Assembly (NCBI GenBank): GCA_963691875.1
Contig: OY829846.1
Location: 3,232,001 to 3,296,000, forward strand
DNA length: 64,000 bases
Reading direction: 5' to 3'
Source of the DNA: Aureliella sp.
Lineage (GTDB): Bacteria > Planctomycetota > Planctomycetia > Pirellulales > Pirellulaceae
Shown here: positions 50,335-60,468 of the stretch, in pieces
How the letters are laid out: every line of letters begins with the position of its first letter
Numbering within the stretch: position 1 is the first letter of the stretch
Notes under the pieces: model-generated
Told to the model about the DNA's origin: nothing
The model's database searches: none
Seen by the model: only the letters and a program-made list of their open reading frames with translations
Translations under genes and position numbers: made by a program

Positions 50335-51414
50335 ATGGCATCCAAAATAAGAGTCGTTGGTATCTCCTTCGAACACATGCACATGGGAGACGATCTGCGC
50401 ATGGCTGCAGAGCATCCTGACTGCGAAGTGGTTGGGATCTGCGATGCCAAGCGAGAACGCATGCTAGCAGCGCAAGCTGACTTACGACTTACCGACGATC
50501 GGCTTTTCGAGGATTGGAAAACTTGTATCGAGACGTGCTCTCCGGACATCGTTGTTCTTTGCCCAGCCACGGGAGATCACGGAATTTGGGTCCAACGATT
50601 ATCGCCCTACAAAGTGCCCATCCTTTTGGAAAAACCCATGGCAGCTTCTCTGGCAGATGCAGATACCATGATCGCTGCATGCCAAGAGCATGGTACACCA
50701 CTCGCCATTAACTGGCCGCTAGTCTGGGTGCCAAGTCATCGGACAGCCAAGCGACTCATTGACGAAGGACGCATCGGGGCACTGCGAGAAGTGCATTACT
50801 ATGACGGCAATCGCGGCCCGCTATGGCACACTGCGGGCAAACAGAAAATCACTGCTGAACAAGTACAAAAAGAGAAACCAGAGAGTTGGTTTTACAAGCA
50901 AGAAGCAGGTGGCGGTTCTCTACTCGACTACCTCGGCTATGGCGTGACGCTGGGCACTTGGTTTATGGGTGGCGAGTCACCGATCGAAGTGACTGCCGTT
51001 TGGGATGAACCTGATGGTTTAGACGTCGATGAACATTCGATCACGATCGCAAGATATCAGCACGGTATCAGTAAATTCGAAACGCGTTGGGGAACTTTCA
51101 CAGATCCGTGGACGCACCAACCCCAGCCAAAATGCGGTTTCGTATTGGTTGGCACCGAAGGTACGATTAGCTCTTACGACTACGAATCAACGATACGCGT
51201 ACAAGACCGTTCCAGTCCCGCTGGTGAAGACTACCCAGTTGATGAACTTGATTCGCCGCAGCAGAATCCGATCCAGTACTTCGTGGATTGTTTGCAGCAC
51301 GATAAACCGGTCGACGGGCCACTTTCACCGCAGTTGAGCCGTATCGGCCAGCAGATTGTTGATACGGCTTTCCAGTCAGCCAAGCAAAAGCGAACACTGC
51401 CGCTGTTACAATAG
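50335..51414 (+). CDS. Gfo/Idh/MocA family oxidoreductase
   Basis: LLEKPMA, GRIG and GGGSLLDYLGY. Confidence 0.9.
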   Translation: MASKIRVVGISFEHMHMGDDLRMAAEHPDCEVVGICDAKRERMLAAQADLRLTDDRLFEDWKTCIETCSPDIVVLCPATGDHGIWVQRLSPYKVPILLEKPMAASLADADTMIAACQEHGTPLAINWPLVWVPSHRTAKRLIDEGRIGALREVHYYDGNRGPLWHTAGKQKITAEQVQKEKPESWFYKQEAGGGSLLDYLGYGVTLGTWFMGGESPIEVTAVWDEPDGLDVDEHSITIARYQHGISKFETRWGTFTDPWTHQPQPKCGFVLVGTEGTISSYDYESTIRVQDRSSPAGEDYPVDELDSPQQNPIQYFVDCLQHDKPVDGPLSPQLSRIGQQIVDTAFQSAKQKRTLPLLQ

Positions 51415-51459
51415 ACCTGTGCTTTCCCTACCAAGCAAAAAGATCTATTGCACTGATTC

Positions 51460-54400
51460 ATGCGCGCATCACCCCCTCTTCCATCTTTAATGTGCAGTCT
51501 CATTCTGTTTTCGATCGCGTCTGCACAAAGCGACACGAAAGAACAGAACATTCCACCGGTTTTCGGTTTGAAAGTCAAATATCAAGCCGGTGACATTTCC
51601 TTTGAGAGCATCGAAACAAGAGTCGCCTTTCATTCGGGCACTGGAGAAAGTGCCATACGGCTGCCATCCGGTACGCCTGTGAAAATCACTTGGACAGGCA
51701 TGCTGCAGGCTCCGGATGATGGCAAGTTCACACTGCACTTTTTCGCGCATGGAAAGCTAACCGTGAGAGTCGACAACAGGGTCGTGGTGGATCGAGCCGC
51801 AGCGGATACACCAACGTGGTTCGAAATGCCGGTTGAACTCACATTCGGCCCCAACGAATTCAAAGTCGAGTATTCATCGACGGGCGAAGAGGGAGAGTTG
51901 GGAGCCTACTGGTCGGGGCCAAACTTTCCACTCGAACCCATCGCGCCACGTTTTTTCAAGCATGTCCCGTTGGCTGATTCAGCAGCGGCAAGCTCCGGAC
52001 TCACCAATGAGAGTGCATTTGAACTCGGAGCAAAACTCTATCGTGCTCTTCGCTGTTCAGCTTGCCATGTCTTGAAGAGTCAGCAGGACGAGACTCCTTT
52101 GCGAGCTCCAGCATTGACACACCTGCAAGACAACTTGCGACCAAGCTGGCTGGTTGCTCACCTCCAAAGCAAAGCTCCTGCTGGCTCTACAGCAGATGAT
52201 CTGGCCGAGCGTCGAATGCCGTACTTTGAATTGGATCGCAATTCCGCCACGGCGATCTCAGCGGCTCTGTTCGAAGCTTCCCAAGCTTCAGCCCAAGAAG
52301 ATTTCATCGCGCAGGAACTGAAACAGCTTCGAAGCCGCCGGAAGAGAAAGGATCCGCCGATTCGCATGACGGCAGATCCAGAACTCGGGGCAGAGGTCTT
52401 CGCATCAAAGGGATGCTTGGCCTGCCATCGAGCTGAGGAACTGAGCAAGCCTCAGGATTGGAACCAAGTTCTTTTTGGCGGCGGAAGCTTGGACTTAACA
52501 GCTCAAAAGCGTACGCCACAGTTCCTTGCTCGCTGGCTCAAAGATCCTTCCGCTGTGAATGCGCAACATCGAATGCCAAGCTTCGAGCTAACAACGCACG
52601 AGCGGCTGGATTTGCAATCACACCTACGAACACTTGGCGGCGAGGACTCTCGTAACGACACTCGCGCCGCAGGTGACGTAGATCGAGGCATGGGCCTTAT
52701 CGCAGAGCATCGCTGTGCAGCTTGCCACGACCTCCCGAAAAGCCTTGAATCCCAGAATGCGGAAGAGAAGACTGAGCTCTCTGAAAACAGTGATTGGACA
52801 GCTGGTTGCTTGACAGCTGCCGACGATAAACGCTTTCTTCCTGGCTACGGCTTGAGCAAGGAACATCGCGATGCACTACAAACCTTCGTCAGCGGGCGAA
52901 AACAGACGACACAGTTTGGTGAACAATACTTGGCGGAAAACAATTGCCTTGCGTGCCACAGTCGTGACGAAGGAAAAGGGATTGCAGCGCACCTGGCCGA
53001 TGTGGCTGAAACTTATCCAAATACAGCTGCAAGACTTGCCGCGCTCTCACCTCCCTCGTTGACGGGCGTTGGCGACAAGTTAACGGATGAGGCACTGCTT
53101 GAAGCGATTGAAGGGCGACAAGCGAAACTAAGGCCTTGGCTTGAGGTCCAGATGCCCAAGTTTGCTCTAGAGGGCGATCAAGCGAAACGCATTCGAGAGT
53201 ACTTCATTGAAGCAGATCGCATTCCTGACCGAAAACCTACCCCCGGTACCCATCCGTTCGACAAGGGTGCAGAGCTCGCCGGTGCAAGACTGGTTGGCTC
53301 TCAAGGTTTCGGATGCACTAGCTGCCACTCAATCGGACCGTACGAATCGCCGCAGGTAGACTTGAAGGCACGCGGGCCAAACTTGGCGATGCCAGGTAAG
53401 CGAATTCGTGAGAGTTGGTACTACCGCTGGGTGGAGAATCCATCGAGGATCGTGCCGCGGATGGAGATGCCTGCAATTCAGACACCTGTAGCCGGCGTGC
53501 TCGGAGGAGATCTCGATCGTCAGCTGTCGGCTCTCTGGAGCACACTCAATCAACCTGATTTCAAACCTCCTAGGCCCAATCCAGTACGCGTCGTCCGCAG
53601 CCATAACATCTCAGACTACGCTGAAGATGCCAAAGTCGTGATGAGCGTCATCGAGTCGCCAGAGAAGACTTACTTGCGCCCAATGGCCATCGGATTACCG
53701 AACCGGCAGAACCTTCTATTTGATATCGAGGCTGGGAGCTTCGCAGGATGGTGGCTGGGCGACACAGCAAACCAGTACACCCGGGGAAAGACTTGGTACT
53801 GGGAATTTGGTTCTGAGTTTCTCAATCTCAAGAAAGGCTCGGTTAAAGCTCCGTTACTGCAAGAATTGCGTATGGTCGACAAACAAGGTTGGCAGTGGCG
53901 CCCTGCAGTTCGCGGACAAGTCGCCTTCAGTTTGGATTCGATCGAACACATTGAGGACGGACTGAAATGGCAAGGTGAGTTAAGTCTACGATCGAACCGC
54001 GGCAGCAACGTTAATCCAGAACTGACACAACTGCCAGTACAGTTCGTGTTGCGCGCCGACGGCGCGACAACACAGCTCAAAACAAGCGTGAAGCTTTCGG
54101 AAGAGGTGAAATCTTTGCAGCTTCATTCGGACGCAAAGCTAGAAGGCAACGCGTTTTCGGGCCGCAATTGGACGGTTCGTATCGACGATATCTCAGGAGC
54201 AGACTTGCAAACTGAATCAGGCATCGCCACTCTGGTTGTAAAGGAACGCGAAGTAAGTTGGACAACTCTGGTTGAGACCCCCTTAGCTGCCGACTCGATT
54301 CCCGTGCTGAACTTTGCCAAACCCAATATTCGCGCGCGGACGTTGGACTGCGTGCCGGGCTATGAAGCAGTGCGTCTTCCGCTTACGCGCCGAGAAATGC

Positions 54401-55761
54401 CGATTTCCTTTGCTTGGGGACCCAAGGGTGAACTCTATGCTGGATCTCTAAAAGGCAAAGTGCTGCGTCTGTTCGACGACGATGGCGACGGACTTGAGGA
54501 TCGCTATGAGCAGATCAGCGACACACTGCCCACTCCTTACGGCTTGCAAGTCAACGACGACGGGAGTGTAGACGCACTAAGTAAGTTTGCTTTGATTCGA
54601 CTTTCGCAAAGCAGGGATCGAAAGAGTGAAAACCTGCCAACTTGGAACAGCCGCATCATAGCCGATGGCTGGGGCTATACAGCGGACTACCACGACTGGG
54701 CGGTAGGGCTGGAGCGAGATGCATTAGGATGCTATTACGTAGTGCTACCTTGCCAGCAGGACGAGCGAACCGAAGCCGCAGCAAAATGGCGCGGCCACGC
54801 TCTGATGCTCTTGCCGTCGGATCGATTGCCTCGAACAACGAATATTCCCGGGCCTTCGCGAGAGTTCACTATTGTTTCTCTCGCCGCTGGACTTCGGTTT
54901 CCGATGGGCCTTGCCCGCCGGCAAGATGGACAACTTTTCGCCACGGACAACCAAGGCAACTACAACCCCTTCAATGAACTCAATCACATCCAGCGTGGCA
55001 AGCGATACGGATTCATCAATAAGCTCGAAAACAAGAATGGCTTCTCCCCGAGGTTTGAATCACCGGCGATTGAGCTCCCGCACCCATGGACACGAAGTGT
55101 AAACGGTATTTGCTGGCTCGAGACGCCTGAGTCGAGCGCCGAGCCCAATCGATTTGGGGCCTTCGAGGGCCATTTATTGGGCTGCGAAATGAATGGCCGG
55201 AGTTTGATACGCATGAGCCTGCAAAAAGTAGCAGGGCAGTATCAGGGGGCTGCCTACAATTTTAGTCTGCCTGGGCTTGATCCATCGAAAACCTTCGAGG
55301 GTCCGATCGTATGTGAAATCGCTCCAGACGGAGATATCTACGTTGGCAACTTGCAAGACAGTGGCTGGGGAGGCGGACAGAACACGGGTTCGATCGTACG
55401 CTTGCGTCCGACTGACGAGTTGCCGCTTGGAATCGCAGAAGTTCGCGCGAACGCGACTGGATTTGATATCGATTTCACACAACCAGTAGAACGGCAAAAG
55501 GCGGAAAAGGCAAAATTTCTGATTCGCTCTTATCGCCGTATCTCGACTCCTGCCTACGGTGGAAACGACCAAGATGAGAAGCTTGAAAAGGTTGCGAAAA
55601 CCCAAATCTCAAAAAATCGCCGCAGTTTGTCTCTTCGGCTGTCTGACGAACTTCGAGAAGGCTACGTTTACGAAATCAATATTCCAGCCATTGGCAAGTC
55701 AGAAACGAAACTCTTTCCGGCTCAAGCGCATTACACGATGAGAGCAGTTCCGATTAAGTAG
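51460..55761 (+). CDS. Exported PA14-domain multiheme c-type cytochrome fused to a dehydrogenase-like beta-propeller
   Basis: Signal peptide; PA14-like WTGMLQAP...YWSGP; CxxCH motifs CSACH, CLACH, CAACH, CLACH and CTSCH; propeller motifs GLRFPMGL and TDNQGNY. Confidence 0.85.
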   Translation: MRASPPLPSLMCSLILFSIASAQSDTKEQNIPPVFGLKVKYQAGDISFESIETRVAFHSGTGESAIRLPSGTPVKITWTGMLQAPDDGKFTLHFFAHGKLTVRVDNRVVVDRAAADTPTWFEMPVELTFGPNEFKVEYSSTGEEGELGAYWSGPNFPLEPIAPRFFKHVPLADSAAASSGLTNESAFELGAKLYRALRCSACHVLKSQQDETPLRAPALTHLQDNLRPSWLVAHLQSKAPAGSTADDLAERRMPYFELDRNSATAISAALFEASQASAQEDFIAQELKQLRSRRKRKDPPIRMTADPELGAEVFASKGCLACHRAEELSKPQDWNQVLFGGGSLDLTAQKRTPQFLARWLKDPSAVNAQHRMPSFELTTHERLDLQSHLRTLGGEDSRNDTRAAGDVDRGMGLIAEHRCAACHDLPKSLESQNAEEKTELSENSDWTAGCLTAADDKRFLPGYGLSKEHRDALQTFVSGRKQTTQFGEQYLAENNCLACHSRDEGKGIAAHLADVAETYPNTAARLAALSPPSLTGVGDKLTDEALLEAIEGRQAKLRPWLEVQMPKFALEGDQAKRIREYFIEADRIPDRKPTPGTHPFDKGAELAGARLVGSQGFGCTSCHSIGPYESPQVDLKARGPNLAMPGKRIRESWYYRWVENPSRIVPRMEMPAIQTPVAGVLGGDLDRQLSALWSTLNQPDFKPPRPNPVRVVRSHNISDYAEDAKVVMSVIESPEKTYLRPMAIGLPNRQNLLFDIEAGSFAGWWLGDTANQYTRGKTWYWEFGSEFLNLKKGSVKAPLLQELRMVDKQGWQWRPAVRGQVAFSLDSIEHIEDGLKWQGELSLRSNRGSNVNPELTQLPVQFVLRADGATTQLKTSVKLSEEVKSLQLHSDAKLEGNAFSGRNWTVRIDDISGADLQTESGIATLVVKEREVSWTTLVETPLAADSIPVLNFAKPNIRARTLDCVPGYEAVRLPLTRREMPISFAWGPKGELYAGSLKGKVLRLFDDDGDGLEDRYEQISDTLPTPYGLQVNDDGSVDALSKFALIRLSQSRDRKSENLPTWNSRIIADGWGYTADYHDWAVGLERDALGCYYVVLPCQQDERTEAAAKWRGHALMLLPSDRLPRTTNIPGPSREFTIVSLAAGLRFPMGLARRQDGQLFATDNQGNYNPFNELNHIQRGKRYGFINKLENKNGFSPRFESPAIELPHPWTRSVNGICWLETPESSAEPNRFGAFEGHLLGCEMNGRSLIRMSLQKVAGQYQGAAYNFSLPGLDPSKTFEGPIVCEIAPDGDIYVGNLQDSGWGGGQNTGSIVRLRPTDELPLGIAEVRANATGFDIDFTQPVERQKAEKAKFLIRSYRRISTPAYGGNDQDEKLEKVAKTQISKNRRSLSLRLSDELREGYVYEINIPAIGKSETKLFPAQAHYTMRAVPIK

Positions 55762-55815
55762 CGGACTGCATTCACTCACCCACAAAACCAACGCCTCAAA
55801 CTCGAGCACAGTACC

Positions 55816-57378
55816 ATGTTCAGTTACGCAAGTCAGTGCATGTTCAACCCGTTTGTCTTCGGGTTGATCGTTGCAACCGTGTGCCCCTGGAATGTTGCGC
55901 AAACTGCAGCACCATCAGAGGCAAATTCGGCGTTAACTGGCAAGCGTCCCAACATTGTCCTGATCATGGCCGACGATTTAGGATTCTCAGATTTGGGATG
56001 CTATGGCTCTGAGATTGAAACGCCAAACTTGGACCGGTTAGCAGAAGGCGGACTGCGGTTCAATCAGTTCTACAACACCGCAAAATGCCATTCCTCGAGG
56101 ATCTGCCTGCTGACGGGGCTTTATATGTTTCAAGCTGGTAATCAAAAGATGAACCGAGGTGTGACGCTTGCAGAGGCTCTCAAGCCGGCCGGGTACGAGG
56201 CATTCATGGCTGGCAAATGGCACCTAGACGGTCAGCCGACAGATCGCGGATTCGATCGCTACTTTGGACATTTAAGCGGCGCTACAAACTTCTTTACAGG
56301 TGATGATACCTTTAGACTTGATGGCAAACCCTATAAGGTCGCTGGGGATGACTTTTACACTACGGATGTAATGACAGACTACGCGATCGAGTTTCTTTCG
56401 GAACGTGACACGACCAAGCCGTTCCTGATGTACATCGCTTACAACGCGCCGCACTATCCGCTACACGTGAAAGAGAACGACTTCAAAAAGTACGAGGGGC
56501 GTTACGACACAGGTTGGGATCGCATCCGAGAAGCGAGGTTTGCAAAACAAAAGCAGTTGGGTCTGCTCCCTAAGGCTGTGTTGTCTCCCCGACCGCCCGA
56601 AGTAGCTGCCTGGGAGTCGCTTTCCACCGAAGAGCAAAAGTGGCAATCGGAGCGAATGTCCGCCTTCGCTGGCATGGTGGATTGCGTCGATCAAAACGTT
56701 GGGCGTTTGCTAGAACACCTAGAAAAAACTGGTCAGCGTGACAACACTTTATTCATGTTCTGCAGCGACAACGGCGCTTGTCCTTTCGAACGAACTAAAG
56801 GAAAGGAGCTTCGGCCTTGGGATCCGAAATCCTATTGGACCTATGATGTTGGCTGGGCTCATGTCGGGAACACGCCGTTTCGCTGGTACAAGCAGAATCA
56901 ACATGAAGGCGGTATCTCCTCGCCAATGATCGTCTCCTGGTCCGGCTTACAGACCCAGCCCGGGAGCATCACATCTCAGCCTGCTCACCTGATCGACTTC
57001 ATGGCGACTTGCGTCGATGCGGCTCAAGCGGAGTACCCAACTAAGTTCGGTGATCGCGAGATTACTCCCTTGCAAGGTAAATCTCTACTTCCAATTTTTT
57101 CGGGCAAAAAACGCAAGCCGCACGAATGGCTGTATTTCCAATTCTCGAACAACCGAGCCATCCGTAGCGGCGATGAAAAGTTGGTTTCGGTGAAAGGTCG
57201 GCCTTGGGAACTGTACGACCTTTCTGAGGATCGAAGTGAGTTAAAGGATCTCTCGATACGACAGCCGACTCGGGCGAAAGCACTAGAAAAGCTATGGTTT
57301 CATGTAGCGGAGAAGGTTGAGCAAGCTCCCAAGAACCTGCGAAAGCCCATCAAACCCAAAAGCAAGATCAAGAAGTAG
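55816..57378 (+). CDS. Arylsulfatase-family (formylglycine-dependent) sulfatase
   Basis: RPNIVLIMADDLG, CHSSR...LLTG, GKWHL, APHYP, SDNG, HEGGI and ELYDL. Confidence 0.92.
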   Translation: MFSYASQCMFNPFVFGLIVATVCPWNVAQTAAPSEANSALTGKRPNIVLIMADDLGFSDLGCYGSEIETPNLDRLAEGGLRFNQFYNTAKCHSSRICLLTGLYMFQAGNQKMNRGVTLAEALKPAGYEAFMAGKWHLDGQPTDRGFDRYFGHLSGATNFFTGDDTFRLDGKPYKVAGDDFYTTDVMTDYAIEFLSERDTTKPFLMYIAYNAPHYPLHVKENDFKKYEGRYDTGWDRIREARFAKQKQLGLLPKAVLSPRPPEVAAWESLSTEEQKWQSERMSAFAGMVDCVDQNVGRLLEHLEKTGQRDNTLFMFCSDNGACPFERTKGKELRPWDPKSYWTYDVGWAHVGNTPFRWYKQNQHEGGISSPMIVSWSGLQTQPGSITSQPAHLIDFMATCVDAAQAEYPTKFGDREITPLQGKSLLPIFSGKKRKPHEWLYFQFSNNRAIRSGDEKLVSVKGRPWELYDLSEDRSELKDLSIRQPTRAKALEKLWFHVAEKVEQAPKNLRKPIKPKSKIKK

Positions 57379-57543
57379 GCCTACGGACTTCCCATTTTCT
57401 CAATTGACTCAAGAAGATCTCAAAAACGGCTGTTCCGGCTTATTTGCTAGAGCTCGGAGACGAATGCCCGAAAGGCCTCCATGCTCGGTCCGTAGAAGTC
57501 GTATTGAATTTCTTTGAGCAGCGACGGTGAAAGAGCGTTGCCG

Positions 57544-57591
57544 CCTATAGCCAGTTTCGGCCGTTGACCTATAGCCAGTTTCGGCCGTTGA
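57544..57591. repeat. Perfect 24-nt tandem duplication (in frame, QRPKLAIG x2)
   Basis: CCTATAGCCAGTTTCGGCCGTTGA occurs twice in tandem. Confidence 0.95.
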
Positions 57592-57638
57592 TCTAGAGGG
57601 TAGGTTCGATCCATTTCGTCACACAGCAAACGATTTTG

Positions 57639-57660
57639 CTGCAAGGCAACTGCAAGGCAA
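57639..57660. repeat. Perfect 11-nt tandem duplication (frameshifting)
   Basis: CTGCAAGGCAA occurs twice in tandem. Confidence 0.95.
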
Positions 57661-58618
57661 GACTCGGATCTTGAACATGACAGTAGGAAACCCATATCAG
57701 ACAAGCCTCCATTTGCTTGGCAATCTGCACAATGGTCTGTGCGGGCAGGCTAGAGCCAACGTGATAAGCTTGCATTCCAGTTTCTTGAAGAACCATCTCA
57801 ACGGCAAGAGAGCCAAGTTCAGCGTAGTCTCCTTCCATGGTGCCACCAATTGCATTAACGCTCGGCACGGATCGCTGAATCATTCCACTCACGCTTCTCA
57901 AAAGCATTTTGAGATTGAATGTTGCGCGACGCTCGTCCGAGTACTGAATTGTACCTTTGGACCAACGAGCCCCGATCTCCCACATCGCAGGTGCAAGATA
58001 ATGATCGAAAAGCCAGGCTGAGCTTTTCTGCTTCAATAGAATTTGGCTAACCAGCGGTTCTAGTCGCTTGAGTTTTCCTTGAAGTAGAGCGTCAGCGACT
58101 TGCGCTGAGCTCAGGTCTCTCTCAGCAATCTTCCGTCGGTACCTTTTCTTGCTTTTCTGCCCGCTTAGCCACCGCGCAACATCAGCCGCGTCCAGCCGGC
58201 GGTGGCCGCCGACCGTCTTGTGCGCTCGCAACTCCCCCAGTTCACAATAACGCTGGACGGTCGACCGGCTCACCCCCATCAATCGAGCAGCTTCGGAGCA
58301 ACTCAAGTAATCTCTCTGAGCTTGAGTAGACATGTAACGCTTTTACTCCGAGCGTGACTCCCTGAAACTCTTCAAGCTTGTGGTCGTATCTCCGGCCCAA
58401 AGTTTGCTATTCAATTCGACTAAATGAACGAATTGATTCAAAGATCGGAAGACAATGGCCTGCACGATGGTAGCGATTGCAGGGGAAAAACCGTTCACCG
58501 AGAGAACACTAGCATGCAGCCTATAATCGTTACACAGAGAGTGCACAGCTTCTGACACGCCCGATTGGCCTATTTGAACGTTTTGCCTTGACTCGATTTA
58601 TTCTGGGTCTAGTAAATC

Positions 58619-58633
58619 CGGCACGCCTGATGC
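58619..58633 (+). promoter_or_regulatory. Sigma54-type promoter of the chemoreceptor pseudogene
   Basis: CGGCAC-GCCTG-ATGC with GG-N10-GC spacing, 60 nt before ATG 58694. Confidence 0.5.
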
Positions 58634-58693
58634 GGGGTCATTCGAAACTTTGGTCCGTTAGTTGTCTCTTCTTAGTATGGCGAAACCACACCG

Positions 58694-59373
58694 ATGTCAC
58701 TCAAGCTCAGAATACTGATGGCTGGGTTTGCTTTCCCAGCCATGAACATTGCGGCGATCTTGTTCATGGGCTCCCGCGATGCCTCGCAGAAAGCAATTGC
58801 AGCCAGGGTCGACAAGGCATGTTCGATTTGCCTCTCTGCGGAGTCTGCGCGTGCAGGCGGAGAAAAGCAGTGGTCCTCGGTCATCTTTGATACGAAAACC
58901 CCTCAGGCTTGGGGCGAAGAGGAGAAGATGCTGTCAACGGTGCCAGCTGTGACAGCCTGGGCAACCGCGATGGACAAGGCAGAGGAAGGTCTATGTGAGT
59001 TTCGTGTTCCAGCCTTGAACCCAAGGAATCCTGCAAATCATCCGACGCCGCTGGAGAAGAAAGCTCTGCTGGCCCTCAGGAATGATGGCCTCGAGGAATA
59101 TTACGTGGTTAACAAAGAAACCAACTCGGTACACTACTTCCGCCCGGTTCGTCTAGCTGAAAACTGCTGAATCTGCCATGGCGATCCTGCAACATCGAAG
59201 AATTGTCCGATGCAAGTACTGATGTTAGCAGCCAGATTACCATCGTTGCGAACGGATCGGCGACCACCTCAGAACAAGTGGAGAACAGTGCGAGTTTGAT
59301 TTCTGAAATCGAGTCAGTCTCAGATGACCTACCTCGTGTTGTCGGGCTGCCCGTAGATACAAATAGAAGGTAA
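58694..59373 (+). pseudogene. Methyl-accepting chemotaxis-like protein with heme-c (DUF3365/Tll0287-like) sensor, decayed
   Basis: TM helix, TVPAVTAW, FRVPALNPRNPANHP, YFRPVRLAENC*ICHGDP with TGA inside CxxCH, then an out-of-frame MCP-like tail IEELSDASTDVSSQITIVANGS. Confidence 0.78.
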
Positions 59374-59523
59374 TGACAGGTAACGCCGGAAAGCTGAAAG
59401 GGCATTCGTGGGTTCTTGTCCAACAGCCCAGAGGCAAAAGACTGCGTCGGTCTGCTTCTTTCAGGCGTGTTCTCAGGAAGACAATAGAGGCCAGTAGTTG
59501 AGGGGCAATGGATTGCCTCTTTC

Positions 59524-60468
59524 TTATTCCAGCCCGGTCGGTACAGGGGCCTCAAGTTCCAACTTCTTTTTGGTTGATGGGCAATTCAGTCGCATTCTCC
59601 AAGCGTGCAGTTGATAGCCTAAATCACTGGGCACGCCGGCATGGCTTAGCAATTTGGCACTCGGACCGTACATCGGATCTCCAACGAGCGGGTGACCAAT
59701 GGAGGCCAAATGAATCCTGATCTGATGCGGCCTTCCGGTATAGAGGTCAACCTCCATGACCGTGTTCTCTCCGCGCTCTCGCGCGACTCTGGCGACGGAT
59801 CGCGATGCTTTGCCGGAGGCTGAAACCGAATGGACTGTCCCAAGCTTTGGATGATCTATTGGACCAATCGGTACTTTGATGTCATACACGGGCTGGTTGG
59901 GCCGACCTGCGACCATGGCCAAGTAAGTCTTTTCAACCTCCTTCCAGTGTCGCGACCAGTGGCGAGCTGAGTTCTGATCTTTTGCGAAAAGAACTACCCC
60001 GGAAGTGCCGCGACCGAGCCGATGAAGCGGTCGCGGGGCGTTTGTAAATCGCTCATGGACAAGATGCAAGAGCGTGTTCTCCAAGAACCCTCCCCCCGGG
60101 ATCGTAGGTAAACCAGCTGGCTTGTTAACCGCAAGCAATGATTCGTCTTCGTAAAGAACAGAAAATGAACGTGGCACTGTCGCTTCTAGCCATCCAGGTC
60201 GATTCCAAATGACCCTATCGCCATTGCTACTTGGACAATCCGCCCTCAGTAACCGCCCGCCCAACATGATCTCGCCTTGCAGTATCCGCTCGAGCCACTG
60301 TTGCTGAGTCGAGTGATGAAAGTACCTCTCAAGCAACTGAGAAATTGTCTCGCCGGGCAAGCTATCCTGGATCTGGAACTTGTATGAGTAGCCGGCATTC
60401 TTGTGTGGAAGCGTCTCTCCCATTGTCTTCTTCTGTTCGATCTGGCGACAGCTGCGGTAGAGAATCAC
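59524..60468 (-). CDS. RluA-family pseudouridine synthase-like protein (HRLGRGTSG variant)
   Basis: VNKPAGLP, HRLGRGTSG, KTYLA and TGRPHQIRIHLASIGHPLVGDPMY. The start may be 60423. Confidence 0.88.
   Translation of the reverse strand: MILYRSCRQIEQKKTMGETLPHKNAGYSYKFQIQDSLPGETISQLLERYFHHSTQQQWLERILQGEIMLGGRLLRADCPSSNGDRVIWNRPGWLEATVPRSFSVLYEDESLLAVNKPAGLPTIPGGGFLENTLLHLVHERFTNAPRPLHRLGRGTSGVVLFAKDQNSARHWSRHWKEVEKTYLAMVAGRPNQPVYDIKVPIGPIDHPKLGTVHSVSASGKASRSVARVARERGENTVMEVDLYTGRPHQIRIHLASIGHPLVGDPMYGPSAKLLSHAGVPSDLGYQLHAWRMRLNCPSTKKKLELEAPVPTGLE

Larger units (their letters stand above)
57447..58333 (-). pseudogene. Excisionase/MerR-HTH plus B12-binding-like domain regulator, frameshifted
   Basis: HTH EAARLMGVSRSTVQRY...KTVGGHRR and LAPAMWEIGARW. 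The C-terminus (LAIGGNAL...) lies in another frame because of an 11-nt tandem duplication at 57639-57660. Confidence 0.78.

Noticed and set aside
56086..56118. Sulfatase motif CHSSR lacking the usual Pro as a sign of inactivity
   Set aside because: Cys, Arg, LLTG and the other catalytic motifs are intact, and variation at this position occurs in the family.
59160..59180. TGA within CxxCH as selenocysteine or readthrough
   Set aside because: The TGA is at a variable x position rather than a Cys, and the gene is also deleted downstream.
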